Shown here one piece after another: positions 18,060-27,034 of a stretch of DNA of 64,000 bases. The translations under genes and the position numbers were made by a program. The stretch lies in the NCBI GenBank assembly GCA_934454525.1, contig CAKSFM010000004.1, positions 101,095-165,094 of the forward strand, given 5' to 3'. Under the pieces are notes generated by a model. The model saw nothing but the letters and a program-made list of their open reading frames with translations. It did no database searches and had not been told where the DNA came from. Position 1 is the first letter of the stretch; each line of letters begins with the position of its first letter. Origin of the DNA: an uncultured Clostridia bacterium (GTDB lineage: Bacteria; Bacillota; Clostridia; UMGS1883).

Positions 18060-18806
18060 TCAGGCATTGCAGATAATTGAAAAATCATCGGGTTTGAGGC
18101 TTGCGCCGCCTACAAGACCGCCGTCAATATCGCTCATTGCGAACAGCTCCGCAGCACACGCCTTATTTACGCTGCCGCCGTAAAGGATACGGATTGAATC
18201 GGCAGTTTCCTTATCATAGATACCCTCCAGGCATTTGCGGATATCGCCGCAAACTTCGTTTGCCTGTTCACTTGTTGCAACCTTGCCCGTGCCGATTGCC
18301 CAGATAGGCTCGTAAGCAACAACGATTTTAACAGCGTCCTCTTTGGAAATTCCGCGGAAAGCAATTTTTATCTGACTGCGGATAAAATCAAATGTGATTC
18401 CGTCCTCACGCTGTTTAAGCGACTCACCGCAGCAAACAACGGGAATAAGGTCATACTTGAGCGCCTGAATAATTTTTGCGTTAACAGTATCATCGGTTTC
18501 CGCAAAGTATTCTCTTCTTTCACTGTGACCGATTATAACATATTCAACACCAAGCTCCTTAAGCATAGCCGCACTTACTTCGCCTGTGAAAGCGCCCTTA
18601 TCTTCAAAATGCATATTCTGAGCGCCTATTTTAATATTGCTCCCCTCAGCAGCCTTAATTGCATCGGGCAGGCACACAAACGTCGGGCAGATAAGAACAT
18701 CATTTTTGCAGCCCGCAGTTTTTTCCTTAAGTTCATTTATCATTGCGGCAGCCTGAGAAGGTGTGTTGTTCATCTTCCAGTTGCCGGCAGCAAGAATCTT
18801 TCTCAT
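18060..18806 (-). CDS. tpiA: Triose-phosphate isomerase
   Basis: [26 protein letters not shown]; start moved to ATG 18806 ([13 protein letters not shown]). Confidence 0.95.
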   Translation of the reverse strand: MRKILAAGNWKMNNTPSQAAAMINELKEKTAGCKNDVLICPTFVCLPDAIKAAEGSNIKIGAQNMHFEDKGAFTGEVSAAMLKELGVEYVIIGHSERREYFAETDDTVNAKIIQALKYDLIPVVCCGESLKQREDGITFDFIRSQIKIAFRGISKEDAVKIVVAYEPIWAIGTGKVATSEQANEVCGDIRKCLEGIYDKETADSIRILYGGSVNKACAAELFAMSDIDGGLVGGASLKPDDFSIICNA

Positions 18807-18861
18807 AATCGTAAATCTCCAATCTTTCCGCAAAATATTAATTTATTAATTATACAACCGA

Positions 18862-20049
18862 TTATTTGTCCTGAAGCGCCGCAATACCGGGAAGCTCCTT
18901 GCCCTCAAGGAATTCAAGGCTTGCGCCGCCGCCGGTTGAAATATGCGTCATCTTATCGCCGAGACCTGCCTGATTTACAGCCGCAACGCTGTCACCGCCG
19001 CCGATAACCGTTGTTGCGTCAATTTCAGCAAGAACCTTTGCAATTGCATTTGTTCCCTTTGCAAAATTCGGCATTTCGAACACGCCCATCGGTCCGTTCC
19101 ATACAACCGTCTTTGCTTTTCTGATAGCGTCGGAGAAAAGCTCAACCGTTTTAGGTCCGATATCAAGACCTTCCCAGCCTTTTTCAATCTGACCCTCGCC
19201 GACAATTTTGCTTTCCGCATCGTTGCTGAACTCACGCGCAACAACTGTGTCAATGGGAAGAAGCAGCTTTGAGCCTGCCTTTGCCATCATTTCCTTTGCA
19301 TAGTCAATATAATCGGCTTCAAGAAGTGAATCACCAACCTCATAACCCTTTGCAGCCATGAAGGTGTAAGCCATGCCGCCGCCGATAATAAGCGTGTCAA
19401 CCTTATCGAGGAGGTTTTCTATAACACTGATTTTGCTTGAAACCTTGCTTCCGCCGAGAATTGCAACAAGCGGACGAACCGGATTGTTGACAGCATTTCC
19501 GAGGAACTTGATTTCTTTCTGAATAAGGTAGCCGCAAACCGCCGGAAGATAGCTTGCAACGCCGACCGTTGAGCAGTGCGCACGATGAGCTGTTCCGAAT
19601 GCGTCGTTTACGAATATATCCGCAAGGGAAGCAAGCTCCTTGCTGAATGCTTCAACATTTTTTGTTTCTTCCGCTCTGAAGCGTGTGTTTTCAAGAAGAA
19701 CAACATCGCCGTCTTTCATCTCTGCAACAGCCTTTTTCGCATTTTCGCCGACAACATTGTCATCAGCCGCAAAAACAACTTCTTTGCCGAGCTTTTCGGA
19801 AAGCCTTTTTGCAACGGGTGCGAGCGAAAATTCTTTTTTCGGCTCGCCCTTCGGCTTGCCCATATGTGAACAAAGGATAACCTTTGCACCCTTGTCAACA
19901 AGGTATTTGATAGTAGGCATTGCACCCACAATTCTGTTTTCATCCGTTATATTTCCGTCAGCGTCAAGCGGTACGTTGAAATCGCAGCGCACCAAAACGC
20001 GCTTTCCGGAAACGTCAATGTCCTCAATAGTTTTCTTGTTCATCGTCAT
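18862..20049 (-). CDS. pgk: Phosphoglycerate kinase
   Basis: [22 protein letters not shown]; GAGGTG RBS. Confidence 0.95.
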   Translation of the reverse strand: MTMNKKTIEDIDVSGKRVLVRCDFNVPLDADGNITDENRIVGAMPTIKYLVDKGAKVILCSHMGKPKGEPKKEFSLAPVAKRLSEKLGKEVVFAADDNVVGENAKKAVAEMKDGDVVLLENTRFRAEETKNVEAFSKELASLADIFVNDAFGTAHRAHCSTVGVASYLPAVCGYLIQKEIKFLGNAVNNPVRPLVAILGGSKVSSKISVIENLLDKVDTLIIGGGMAYTFMAAKGYEVGDSLLEADYIDYAKEMMAKAGSKLLLPIDTVVAREFSNDAESKIVGEGQIEKGWEGLDIGPKTVELFSDAIRKAKTVVWNGPMGVFEMPNFAKGTNAIAKVLAEIDATTVIGGGDSVAAVNQAGLGDKMTHISTGGGASLEFLEGKELPGIAALQDK

Positions 20050-20104
20050 TGTGAATCACCTCATAAAAAAATCTTTTTTTAAAAGTCCTTTTCTTATCTA
20101 TCTT

Positions 20105-20132
20105 ATTATACCACCGTTTGGGATAATTGCAA
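20105..20132 (-). promoter_or_regulatory. Putative sigma-A promoter with extended -10 for pgk-tpiA
   Basis: Minus strand: TTGCAA, 16 nt, TGgTATAAT, about 55 nt upstream of the pgk start. Confidence 0.5.
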
Positions 20133-20165
20133 GCAAAATTTGACCTAAAAGTTCTAAGTTTACGA

Positions 20166-21062
20166 TTATTTAAAAATTTGTTTAAATATCCGCAGAAAAT
20201 TCCCGTACAAAATATCGCGGACAAGCTCCTCTTTGTAATTACTTTTCAGCATTTCCTCCGCAATATCGGCGGCATAATCCACACCGCAGCAGCTGTGCGG
20301 CAGGCATGGGATTCCGTCAAAATCACTGCCCAGTCCGACGTTTTTTTCTCCTCCGAGTGACAAAAAGTGTTCAATATGCGAAAGCACCGCGCCCATTCCC
20401 TTGTCTCCGCCGAGGAAATCAACACAGAAATTTATCCCGGCAGCTCCGCCGTGCCTTATTATTTCCGCAAACTGCCCGTCCGTTATATTGCGTACAAATG
20501 CGCCGTTTACCGCCCGCGAATCCGAGTGGCTGCAAACAAACGGCTTTTCGGCAATTTCGCACACATCGTAAAATCCCTTATCACTCAGGTGCGACAAGTC
20601 AACAACTATTCCGAGCCGCTCACATTCCCTCACAAGCCGTCTGCCGAAATCCGTAAGTCCTCCGCCTTGCGGAGACATTATTGATTCCCCTGCGGCGTTG
20701 TTGTTATTCCATGTAATCGTCACAAGCCGCACTCCCATATCATAAAAACGGCGGACGGCTGCAAGATTTCCGCAGAATGCGTCCGCTCCCTCAAGCGCAA
20801 GAATCGCACCGCGGGGCGCCGTCAGCTGTTCACGGCTGAGCACCTCCGTCATTCCGAGAACACGCATAAGGCGGTGATATTTTCTTATATAGTGCCTTGC
20901 ATGAGAATACGCATATTCATTTTCGTGGCAAATTGCAAACACCTGAAGATATTTGCCGAACTGCTTTGCATCGGCAATCTTCAGGTGTCCGTCTCCCGTA
21001 AGCAGCTTTCCTGCCGTAACCGAATCGCAGTGACAGTCAAAAAGATTCAGCCTCAAAGGCAT
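20166..21062 (-). CDS. Membrane dipeptidase (peptidase M19 family)
   Basis: FDCHCD, VVDLSHLS, CSHSDSRAV, GLGSDFDGI. Confidence 0.85.
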   Translation of the reverse strand: MPLRLNLFDCHCDSVTAGKLLTGDGHLKIADAKQFGKYLQVFAICHENEYAYSHARHYIRKYHRLMRVLGMTEVLSREQLTAPRGAILALEGADAFCGNLAAVRRFYDMGVRLVTITWNNNNAAGESIMSPQGGGLTDFGRRLVRECERLGIVVDLSHLSDKGFYDVCEIAEKPFVCSHSDSRAVNGAFVRNITDGQFAEIIRHGGAAGINFCVDFLGGDKGMGAVLSHIEHFLSLGGEKNVGLGSDFDGIPCLPHSCCGVDYAADIAEEMLKSNYKEELVRDILYGNFLRIFKQIFK

Positions 21063-21459
21063 TTTTAATCACCTCGGTTTTAATATTTACGAGTTTTCCG
21101 CCGATTTCATCGGCATTTATCAGAACTGCGTCAAAGCGCAGCGGTTCATCAAAAAGTTTATTTTGCTGCGCATAAAGCTCCGCTGTTTTCATAATTTTCC
21201 GCCGTTTCCGAAAATCAATTGTTTCAGCCGGGGCGGCAAGGCTGTTTGTCTTTCTCAAACGAACCTCAACAAAACAAATATATTCCCCGTCGCGCGCAAT
21301 TATATCTATTTCTCCGCTTCTTGCGTAAAAATTCCGCTCAATAATTTTATATTTCATCTTTTTCAGCACACGCACAGCTTCATCTTCGCCGAGGTTTCCG
21401 CGGCTGCGCATTGCACCGTCAGACAAATTTTTTGATAAATGTTTTCCGATGAATTTCAC
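21037..21459 (-). CDS. yraN: YraN-family (UPF0102) endonuclease-like protein
   Basis: GEDEAVRVLKKMKYKIIERNFYARSGEIDIIARDGEYICFVEVRLR; true start may be an internal Met. Confidence 0.8.
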   Translation of the reverse strand: MKFIGKHLSKNLSDGAMRSRGNLGEDEAVRVLKKMKYKIIERNFYARSGEIDIIARDGEYICFVEVRLRKTNSLAAPAETIDFRKRRKIMKTAELYAQQNKLFDEPLRFDAVLINADEIGGKLVNIKTEVIKNAFEAESF

Positions 21460-22042
21460 AGGCGCCGTGCTCCTTTAATGCTGCGATATGTACTTTTGTT
21501 CCGTATCCCTTGTGCTTTGCAAAGCCGTATTCGGGATATTTTCCGTCAAGCTCAATCATTTTCCTGTCACGCGATACCTTTGCAAGTATTGAAGCGGCGG
21601 CAATGCTTGCGCTTTTTGCATCACCCTTTATAACGCACTCATGCGGAAAAGCGCAGTTTGTGATGCAGTCGCCGTCCACAATGACATATTCAGGCGGCAC
21701 GGAGAGTGCGGAAAGTGCACGGTTCATTGCCAGATAAGTTGCATTTCTAATGTTTATTTCATCGATCTCCGCAACGCTTGCCGTTGCCACAGCATACGAA
21801 ACCGCACATCCGCATATTTCGTCATACAGCTTTTCGCGCTTTTTTTCCTTAAGTTTTTTTGAATCGTTCAATCCCTCTATGCAGATACCGCGCGGCAGAA
21901 TAACAGCCGCGGCGTACACATCGCCGGCAAGCGGACCGCGCCCTGCTTCATCAACTCCGGCAATTGTTCCGAAGCCGTGTTCGAACAATCCGTTTTCAAT
22001 CGTCCACATCTCATTCAGACGCACAATTTCATTTTCTTTCAT
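21419..22042 (-). CDS. rnhB: Ribonuclease HII
   Basis: AGVDEAGRGPLAGDVYAAAV, DSKKL, ASILAKV. Confidence 0.95.
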   Translation of the reverse strand: MKENEIVRLNEMWTIENGLFEHGFGTIAGVDEAGRGPLAGDVYAAAVILPRGICIEGLNDSKKLKEKKREKLYDEICGCAVSYAVATASVAEIDEINIRNATYLAMNRALSALSVPPEYVIVDGDCITNCAFPHECVIKGDAKSASIAAASILAKVSRDRKMIELDGKYPEYGFAKHKGYGTKVHIAALKEHGACEIHRKTFIKKFV

Positions 22043-22056
22043 CTTATTTCTCCGTT

Positions 22057-22908
22057 TTAAAACGCTTTTTCAAGCGTGATTCTGCCAAGCTTTCCTCCGC
22101 GGAATTCATCAAGCACAACGCTTGCCCCGCGCAGAGTGTCAGCCGCGCCGCCCTTGACAATAAATCCGCGTTTGCGGCAAATTGCCTCCAGCAGCTCAAA
22201 GCCGGTATATTCATCAGCCAGCTCAAGCTTGTATCTTTCCTCAAGCTTGCTTTTATAATTTTTTGCAAGGAACTCGCATAAATGCGCGCAAAGCTCTTCC
22301 GTATCAAGAATATCGTCCTTGACCGCACCTGTATAAGCAAGGCGCAGCGCTGCTTCCTTATCATCAAATTTCGGCCACAATATTCCGGGCGTGTCGAGAA
22401 ATTCCATTCCGTTTTTGAGCGTTATCCACTGTTTTCCGCGCGTCACACCGGGTCTGTCACCTTTGACGGCTGCGTTCTTTCCGTAAAGCTTATTAATAAA
22501 AGAAGATTTGCCGACATTGGGAATACCGCATACCATTGTGCGGATAGGCTTGTTCACAAGGCCGCGCGCACGGTCGCGCTCAATTTTTTCTTTCAGCATC
22601 TCTCTTATCGCCTCAAGAATTTTCTGCACACCCTTTGCATCATTGCAACACACGCTCACCGCCGCCGTTCCCTCGCGTTCGAAACGTTTTATCCATTTCT
22701 GTGTTTCGTTCGGGTCGGCAATGTCGCTTTTATTTACAACGACAAGCACCTTTTTTCCGCCGACAAGCCGCGGCAGTTCGGGATTTCGGCTGCTCTGAGG
22801 GCAGCGCGCGTCAACAATTTCAACCGCGCAGTCGCACAGCCTTATATTTTCGGATATAAGTCTGCGCGTTTTTGCCATATGCCCCGGGAACCACTGTATA
22901 TCCATCAT
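22057..22908 (-). CDS. rbgA: Ribosome biogenesis GTPase A (YlqF/RbgA)
   Basis: Circularly permuted GTPase: QWFPGHMAK, NKSDI, GIPNVGKSSFINKL, DTPGILWP. Confidence 0.9.
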   Translation of the reverse strand: MMDIQWFPGHMAKTRRLISENIRLCDCAVEIVDARCPQSSRNPELPRLVGGKKVLVVVNKSDIADPNETQKWIKRFEREGTAAVSVCCNDAKGVQKILEAIREMLKEKIERDRARGLVNKPIRTMVCGIPNVGKSSFINKLYGKNAAVKGDRPGVTRGKQWITLKNGMEFLDTPGILWPKFDDKEAALRLAYTGAVKDDILDTEELCAHLCEFLAKNYKSKLEERYKLELADEYTGFELLEAICRKRGFIVKGGAADTLRGASVVLDEFRGGKLGRITLEKAF

Positions 22909-22920
22909 TTCACCATTTTC

Positions 22921-23532
22921 TTATTTTCTGTTAAAAATACTCATGTTGTTAAAAGGCCAGAAGCGCCATACCGCTCTGCCGACAACCCGGCTTTTCTCAA
23001 CCGGACCTATAACGCGCCCGTCAGTGCTGTGATTTCTGTTGTCACCCATCACAAATATGCTGCCCTCCGGAACGTCAACCTCGGGTAATGTTGTCTGCGG
23101 CATCATTTCTTCACCGAGATATGTTTCATCAAGCTTTTCTCCGTCAACATAAACGGAATTTGAAGCGTAATCAATTTCAACGTGCTGCCCGCCGAGCGCA
23201 ATAACTCTCTTAACCCAGTAAATATTCTTAGGATAACCCGGAGGATTAAAAATTATTATATCGCCCTGCTTCGGCTCATATCCTAGGCGCCAGACAATCA
23301 TTCTGTCGTTATTCTGAAGCGTCGGCTCCATCGACTCACCGTCCACGCGCACAACCGTGAAAATAAAACTGCGGATAACAAGCGCCAGCACAACGGCGAT
23401 GACAATTGCCTGAATCCACTCAAATATTTCTTTCCTTGCGCCGTTTCTTTTTGCGGCTTTCACAATCTTTTCCATTGTTTCGGTGTCATATGCCTTTGTT
23501 TCAATAGGGCCGCCGTTATTTTCTTCGTTCAT
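22921..23532 (-). CDS. lepB: Signal peptidase I
   Basis: TM anchor, GESMEPTL, WVKRVIALGG, GDNRNHSTDGR. Confidence 0.9.
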   Translation of the reverse strand: MNEENNGGPIETKAYDTETMEKIVKAAKRNGARKEIFEWIQAIVIAVVLALVIRSFIFTVVRVDGESMEPTLQNNDRMIVWRLGYEPKQGDIIIFNPPGYPKNIYWVKRVIALGGQHVEIDYASNSVYVDGEKLDETYLGEEMMPQTTLPEVDVPEGSIFVMGDNRNHSTDGRVIGPVEKSRVVGRAVWRFWPFNNMSIFNRK

Positions 23533-23554
23533 TTTACTTCCGTCCTTTCCGCAA

Positions 23555-23589
23555 ATAAAAAGGGGAAACTGCCTGCGTGACAGCTTCCC
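23555..23589 (-). terminator. Rho-independent terminator after rplS
   Basis: Minus strand: GGGAAGCUG-loop-CAGUUUCCC (one G-U pair) followed by CUUUUUAUUU. Confidence 0.6.
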
Positions 23590-23598
23590 TTCTTACGA

Positions 23599-23940
23599 CT
23601 ACAGTCTTTCCTTAACTTTTGCTGCTTTGCCGACTCTGTCACGCAGATAATACAGCTTTGCACGTCTGACCTTACCGTGTCTTACAACCTCGATATGATC
23701 CAGACTCGGCGAGTTAACGGGGAACGTTCTTTCAACCCCAACGCCGTACGAAAGACGCCTTACGGTAAACGATTCCTGAATACCGCCGTGTTTTTTGGAA
23801 ATTACAGTACCCTCAAACATCTGAAGTCTTTCCTTAGAGCCTTCCTTTACCTTTACATACAGCTTTACATAATCGCCGATTTCAAGCTTGGGAAGATCCG
23901 TTCTGATTTGTTCCTGTGTTATTGCCTTTAAAATATCCAC
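23599..23940 (-). CDS. rplS: 50S ribosomal protein L19
   Basis: Typical L19 sequence ([30 protein letters not shown]); start placed at GTG 23940, 8 nt after AAAGGAGAG. Confidence 0.9.
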   Translation of the reverse strand: MDILKAITQEQIRTDLPKLEIGDYVKLYVKVKEGSKERLQMFEGTVISKKHGGIQESFTVRRLSYGVGVERTFPVNSPSLDHIEVVRHGKVRRAKLYYLRDRVGKAAKVKERL

Positions 23941-24027
23941 CGGAAGCTCTCCTTTCATGCCCGCATAAATGCGGTATAATACAAGCGTTCGTACGAAAGA
24001 AATGCAGCGGACCGCTTTGACTGTAAT

Positions 24028-24056
24028 ACTGTATCACATTTCAGAATGAATTGCAA
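24028..24056 (-). promoter_or_regulatory. Putative sigma-A promoter (extended -10) for rplS, giving a 5' leader of about 85 nt
   Basis: Minus strand: TTGCAA, 17 nt ending in TGa, TACAGT. Confidence 0.45.
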
Positions 24057-24104
24057 CAGTTTTTTTATTAATTTATATTTTTTCTGCATTTTTTTAAAAA
24101 ACCC

Positions 24105-24133
24105 TTGATAATATTTGCCATTCATGATAAAAT
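24105..24133 (+). promoter_or_regulatory. Putative sigma-A promoter for the amino-acid permease gene
   Basis: TTGATA, 17 nt, TAAAAT, 70 nt upstream of the ATG. Confidence 0.4.
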
Positions 24134-24203
24134 ATAATAAAGTTTTTCAAGGCACAGTCAAAAAAAATGTGCTTATTTTTTTGGAAAGAGTGGTAACTGT
24201 TTA

Positions 24204-25559
24204 ATGAGTGAACTAAAAAAGAAGTATGGTTTGCTGACAGCGATTGCAATGGTTGTCGGAATCGTTATCGGAAGCGGTGTGTTTTTCAAGGCTGAAACCA
24301 TACATAAGACAACCGGCGGAGATATGAAGCTCGGTATTATGGCATGGATAATCGGCGGAATCATAATGCTTGCATGTGCCATCACGTTTTCAATCATGGC
24401 GGGCAAATACGAAAAGGTGAACGGAATTGTCGACTATGCGGAAGCAACAGTCGGCAGCAAGTATGCATATTATATCGGATGGTTTATGACAACCGTTCTT
24501 TATCCCACGCTGACATCGGCATTGGCATGGCTCAGCGCAAGGTACACAATGGTGCTTTTCGGGTCTAAGGAAATCACCGGCGGCACCTGCATGACGCTTG
24601 CCTGTTTTTACCTTATTGCAAGCTATGCGGTCAATGCGCTTTCCCCTGTAGTTGCCGGCAAGGTTCAGGTTTCGGCAACTGTTATAAAACTTATTCCCTT
24701 GCTTTTAATGGCAGTTGTCGGAACAATTGCCGGCACGTCAAACGGTCTTATTGTTCAAAACTTTTCGTCAGCCGTTAAACCTATCGCAAATTCCGGACAA
24801 GCACTTTTCACAGCAGTTGTTGCAAGCGCTTTCGCATATGAGGGTTGGATTGTTGCAACAAGCATAAATGCCGAGCTGAAAAACGCAAAGCGCAATCTTC
24901 CGATAGCGCTCACGGTCGGTTCGCTTGTCATAATTTCGGTATATGTTTTCTATTATATCGGACTTGCCGGCGCAGTTAAAACAAAGACACTGATGGATCT
25001 CGGACCTGTCGGGGTTCAGATGGCGTTTAACGGAATTTTCGGAAAAACAATCGGCGCGGCTCTCATGGCATTTATTGTTGTATCATGTCTCGGTACGCTT
25101 AACGGTCTTATGCTCGGCTGCACACGCGGAATGTACTCGATAGCTGTTCGCCGCCGCGGGCCTGCTCCTCATATTTTTGCGCAGGTTGATAAGGTGACGA
25201 ATATGCCGACATCGTCCTCCGTTGTCGGACTGTTGATTTGCTCAATGTGGCTGTTCTATTTCTACGGCGCTAATCTTCTCGAAACACCGATCTTCGGAGT
25301 TTTCTGCTTTGACAGCTCTGAGCTTCCGATTGTAACACTGTATGCGCTTTACATTCCGATTTTTGTAAAGTTTATCTTTGCGGCAAAGGGAGAAAACCCG
25401 TTCAGGCATATAGTTATGCCGCTGATTGCATGCCTTTCATCGGCATTCATGGTATTTGCCGCATGCTATGCACACGGAAAGGCTGTTATATACTACCTTA
25501 TCGTATTTGCGGTTATTATGTTTATCGGAGCACTTTTCTCCAAAGAGAAAGACATATAA
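24204..25559 (+). CDS. APC-superfamily amino acid permease (about 12 TM segments)
   Basis: Highly hydrophobic 451-aa protein; N-terminus LTAIAMVVGIVIGSGVFFK is the typical APC signature. Confidence 0.85.
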   Translation: MSELKKKYGLLTAIAMVVGIVIGSGVFFKAETIHKTTGGDMKLGIMAWIIGGIIMLACAITFSIMAGKYEKVNGIVDYAEATVGSKYAYYIGWFMTTVLYPTLTSALAWLSARYTMVLFGSKEITGGTCMTLACFYLIASYAVNALSPVVAGKVQVSATVIKLIPLLLMAVVGTIAGTSNGLIVQNFSSAVKPIANSGQALFTAVVASAFAYEGWIVATSINAELKNAKRNLPIALTVGSLVIISVYVFYYIGLAGAVKTKTLMDLGPVGVQMAFNGIFGKTIGAALMAFIVVSCLGTLNGLMLGCTRGMYSIAVRRRGPAPHIFAQVDKVTNMPTSSSVVGLLICSMWLFYFYGANLLETPIFGVFCFDSSELPIVTLYALYIPIFVKFIFAAKGENPFRHIVMPLIACLSSAFMVFAACYAHGKAVIYYLIVFAVIMFIGALFSKEKDI

Positions 25560-25565
25560 GATAAG

Positions 25566-25620
25566 TAAAAAAGGGACTGTTTAAAAAGTCAATTGACTTT
25601 TTAAACAGTCTTCGCTTTTT
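25566..25620. terminator. Bidirectional Rho-independent terminator
   Basis: Perfect 36-nt palindrome gactgtttaaaaagtcaa/ttgactttttaaacagtc (25575-25610), flanked by an A-run on the left and a T-run on the right. Confidence 0.7.
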
Positions 25621-25621
25621 C

Positions 25622-25866
25622 AAGGGGATAGGAAAAAAGCTTTGGAATTAACAAACTGAGCCAAAGCGTTAGCTTTGGGTTACCCGATAGCGTACATAGG
25701 TACGCCGAGGGCGAAGTTTGTTGATAGCAAGAAAAGAAGTGATTCTTTGAAAAATCAAATTTTTGATTTTTTTACCTTTAATAAAAGCGAATTACAATAG
25801 CTGTACTGCCTGTAATATCTGCTTTTTCTTCTTTTCTTGCGTTCCGGAGTTTTTTAACATCCCCTT
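25622..25866. repeat. Structured intergenic element, copy A (unclassified; candidate ncRNA or MITE-like repeat)
   Basis: No ORF explains it. Shares blocks of 27/27, 30/30 and 40/45 nt with 48158-48311. Has nested helices 25622-29/25859-66 and 25727-39/25828-40 and a central 22-nt palindrome at 25750-71. Confidence 0.7.
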
Positions 25867-25868
25867 TT

Positions 25869-26198
25869 TTACTTAAAAACAAACTGAACCAAAAGCATGT
25901 AAAGAATTGTTCCGCCGCCGATTGACAAAAGCATTTGCCTTTTCCAAACGTGCAGACCGATTACCGCCGCAACGGAGATAAGCTCCGGCAACCCATGAGA
26001 ACCCGTGAAAATGCTCACGTTTTTCAGGCAATATATGACAAGCATCCCGAATACCGCGGACGGCAGCACCTTTCCGAGGTATTGAATATACTTCGGCGTG
26101 GGTTTGTCCGCCGGGAACATAATAAAGGGCAGAAATCTTGTCAGCATTGTTCCGAGCACAACCAACGCAACAGTAATTATTTTTTGCGATAAGCTCAT
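25869..26198 (-). CDS. azlD: Branched-chain amino acid transport protein AzlD
   Basis: 109-aa hydrophobic protein, LTRFLPF motif, 4-nt overlap with azlC. Confidence 0.85.
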   Translation of the reverse strand: MSLSQKIITVALVVLGTMLTRFLPFIMFPADKPTPKYIQYLGKVLPSAVFGMLVIYCLKNVSIFTGSHGLPELISVAAVIGLHVWKRQMLLSIGGGTILYMLLVQFVFK

Positions 26199-26899
26199 TT
26201 TGCCGCACCGCCTTTTTCTGCTTTCGGGCGCAGAACCGTCAGAACTCCGAGGATTGCAAGCATTGACGGAATGATAAAATTATCCGCCCCGAAAATCAGC
26301 AGGCACAGAAGCGACACGCCAAGTCCGAACAATGCGCTTGTATGCTTCTCCTCTTTCAGCCACTGCTCCATGAATATAACAACGAACATCGCCGTCATCA
26401 CAAAATCCAGTCCCTTTGTGTTAAAATGAATAACAGAGCCGAGCACACCGCCGAGCGTTGACCCCGAAACCCAGTAAATCTGATTCAGCAGCGTCACGAA
26501 AAACATAAACCACCCTTTGTCGATACCCTGCGGAATATCCGCCGAGCAGTTTATTGAGAAGCTTTCATCGCACATTCCGAAAATCAGATACGGTTTTTTT
26601 CTTCCGGTGTTTTTGAATTTATCAAGCATGGAAATGCCGTAAAACAAATGCCGCGCGTTAATCATAAGCGTCATTGCAAATGCCTGCAGCGGATTGAACG
26701 CTCCCAAAAGCATACTCACCGTGACAAACTCCATCGAACCGGCAAAAATCGTCATGCTCATAAGCATCGGATACCAAAAGCTGAATCCCGACACATTCAT
26801 GTAAATGCCGTAAGTCATTCCCAAAAACCAAAATCCCGCAAAAATCGGTATTGTGTACGGAAATGCACATTTAAAAGCCGACTTGATTTTTCCGTTCAT
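26195..26899 (-). CDS. azlC: AzlC-family branched-chain amino acid exporter subunit
   Basis: 234-aa polytopic membrane protein with NARHLFYG and CDESF motifs typical of AzlC. Confidence 0.85.
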   Translation of the reverse strand: MNGKIKSAFKCAFPYTIPIFAGFWFLGMTYGIYMNVSGFSFWYPMLMSMTIFAGSMEFVTVSMLLGAFNPLQAFAMTLMINARHLFYGISMLDKFKNTGRKKPYLIFGMCDESFSINCSADIPQGIDKGWFMFFVTLLNQIYWVSGSTLGGVLGSVIHFNTKGLDFVMTAMFVVIFMEQWLKEEKHTSALFGLGVSLLCLLIFGADNFIIPSMLAILGVLTVLRPKAEKGGAAK

Positions 26900-26937
26900 A
26901 AAGTCTTCACCCTGACCCTAATAATTAATTATCAAAC

Positions 26938-26966
26938 ATTATAATACCGCGGCGCATGGTTGTCAA
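26938..26966 (-). promoter_or_regulatory. Consensus sigma-A promoter for azlCD
   Basis: Minus strand: TTGACA, 17 nt, TATAAT (both hexamers perfect), 38 nt upstream of the azlC ATG. Confidence 0.6.
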
Positions 26967-26974
26967 GGCAAATA

Positions 26975-27024
26975 TTCAAAATAAACGTCTGCAGCAAAAT
27001 GTGATTTCATTTTGCTGCAGACGT
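26975..27024 (-). terminator. Rho-independent terminator after the XRE regulator gene
   Basis: 17-bp stem acgtctgcagcaaaatg/cattttgctgcagacgt; on the minus strand it is followed by UUUAUUUUG. Confidence 0.7.
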
Positions 27025-27034
27025 TTTCATATAC

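Noticed and set aside
25792-25860. Mini-ORF at the minus-strand 5' end of the repeated element (MLKNSGTQEKKKKQILQAVQLL in copy A; MLKSLGTQEKEKKHIFT in copy B) with an apparent AAGGGG/AAGGAG Shine-Dalgarno
   Set aside because: The SD-like purines abut the ATG directly (spacing 0), and they are better explained as one arm of the closing helix. The peptides differ in length and diverge after 13 aa, exactly where nucleotide conservation ends. A plus-strand TTG mini-ORF (MKNQIFDF...) over the palindrome was rejected for the same reason.
25873-26208. 111-aa ORF overlapping azlD in another frame
   Set aside because: The azlD frame gives a typical hydrophobic AzlD protein coupled to azlC. The alternative frame is Arg/Gly-rich with no features.
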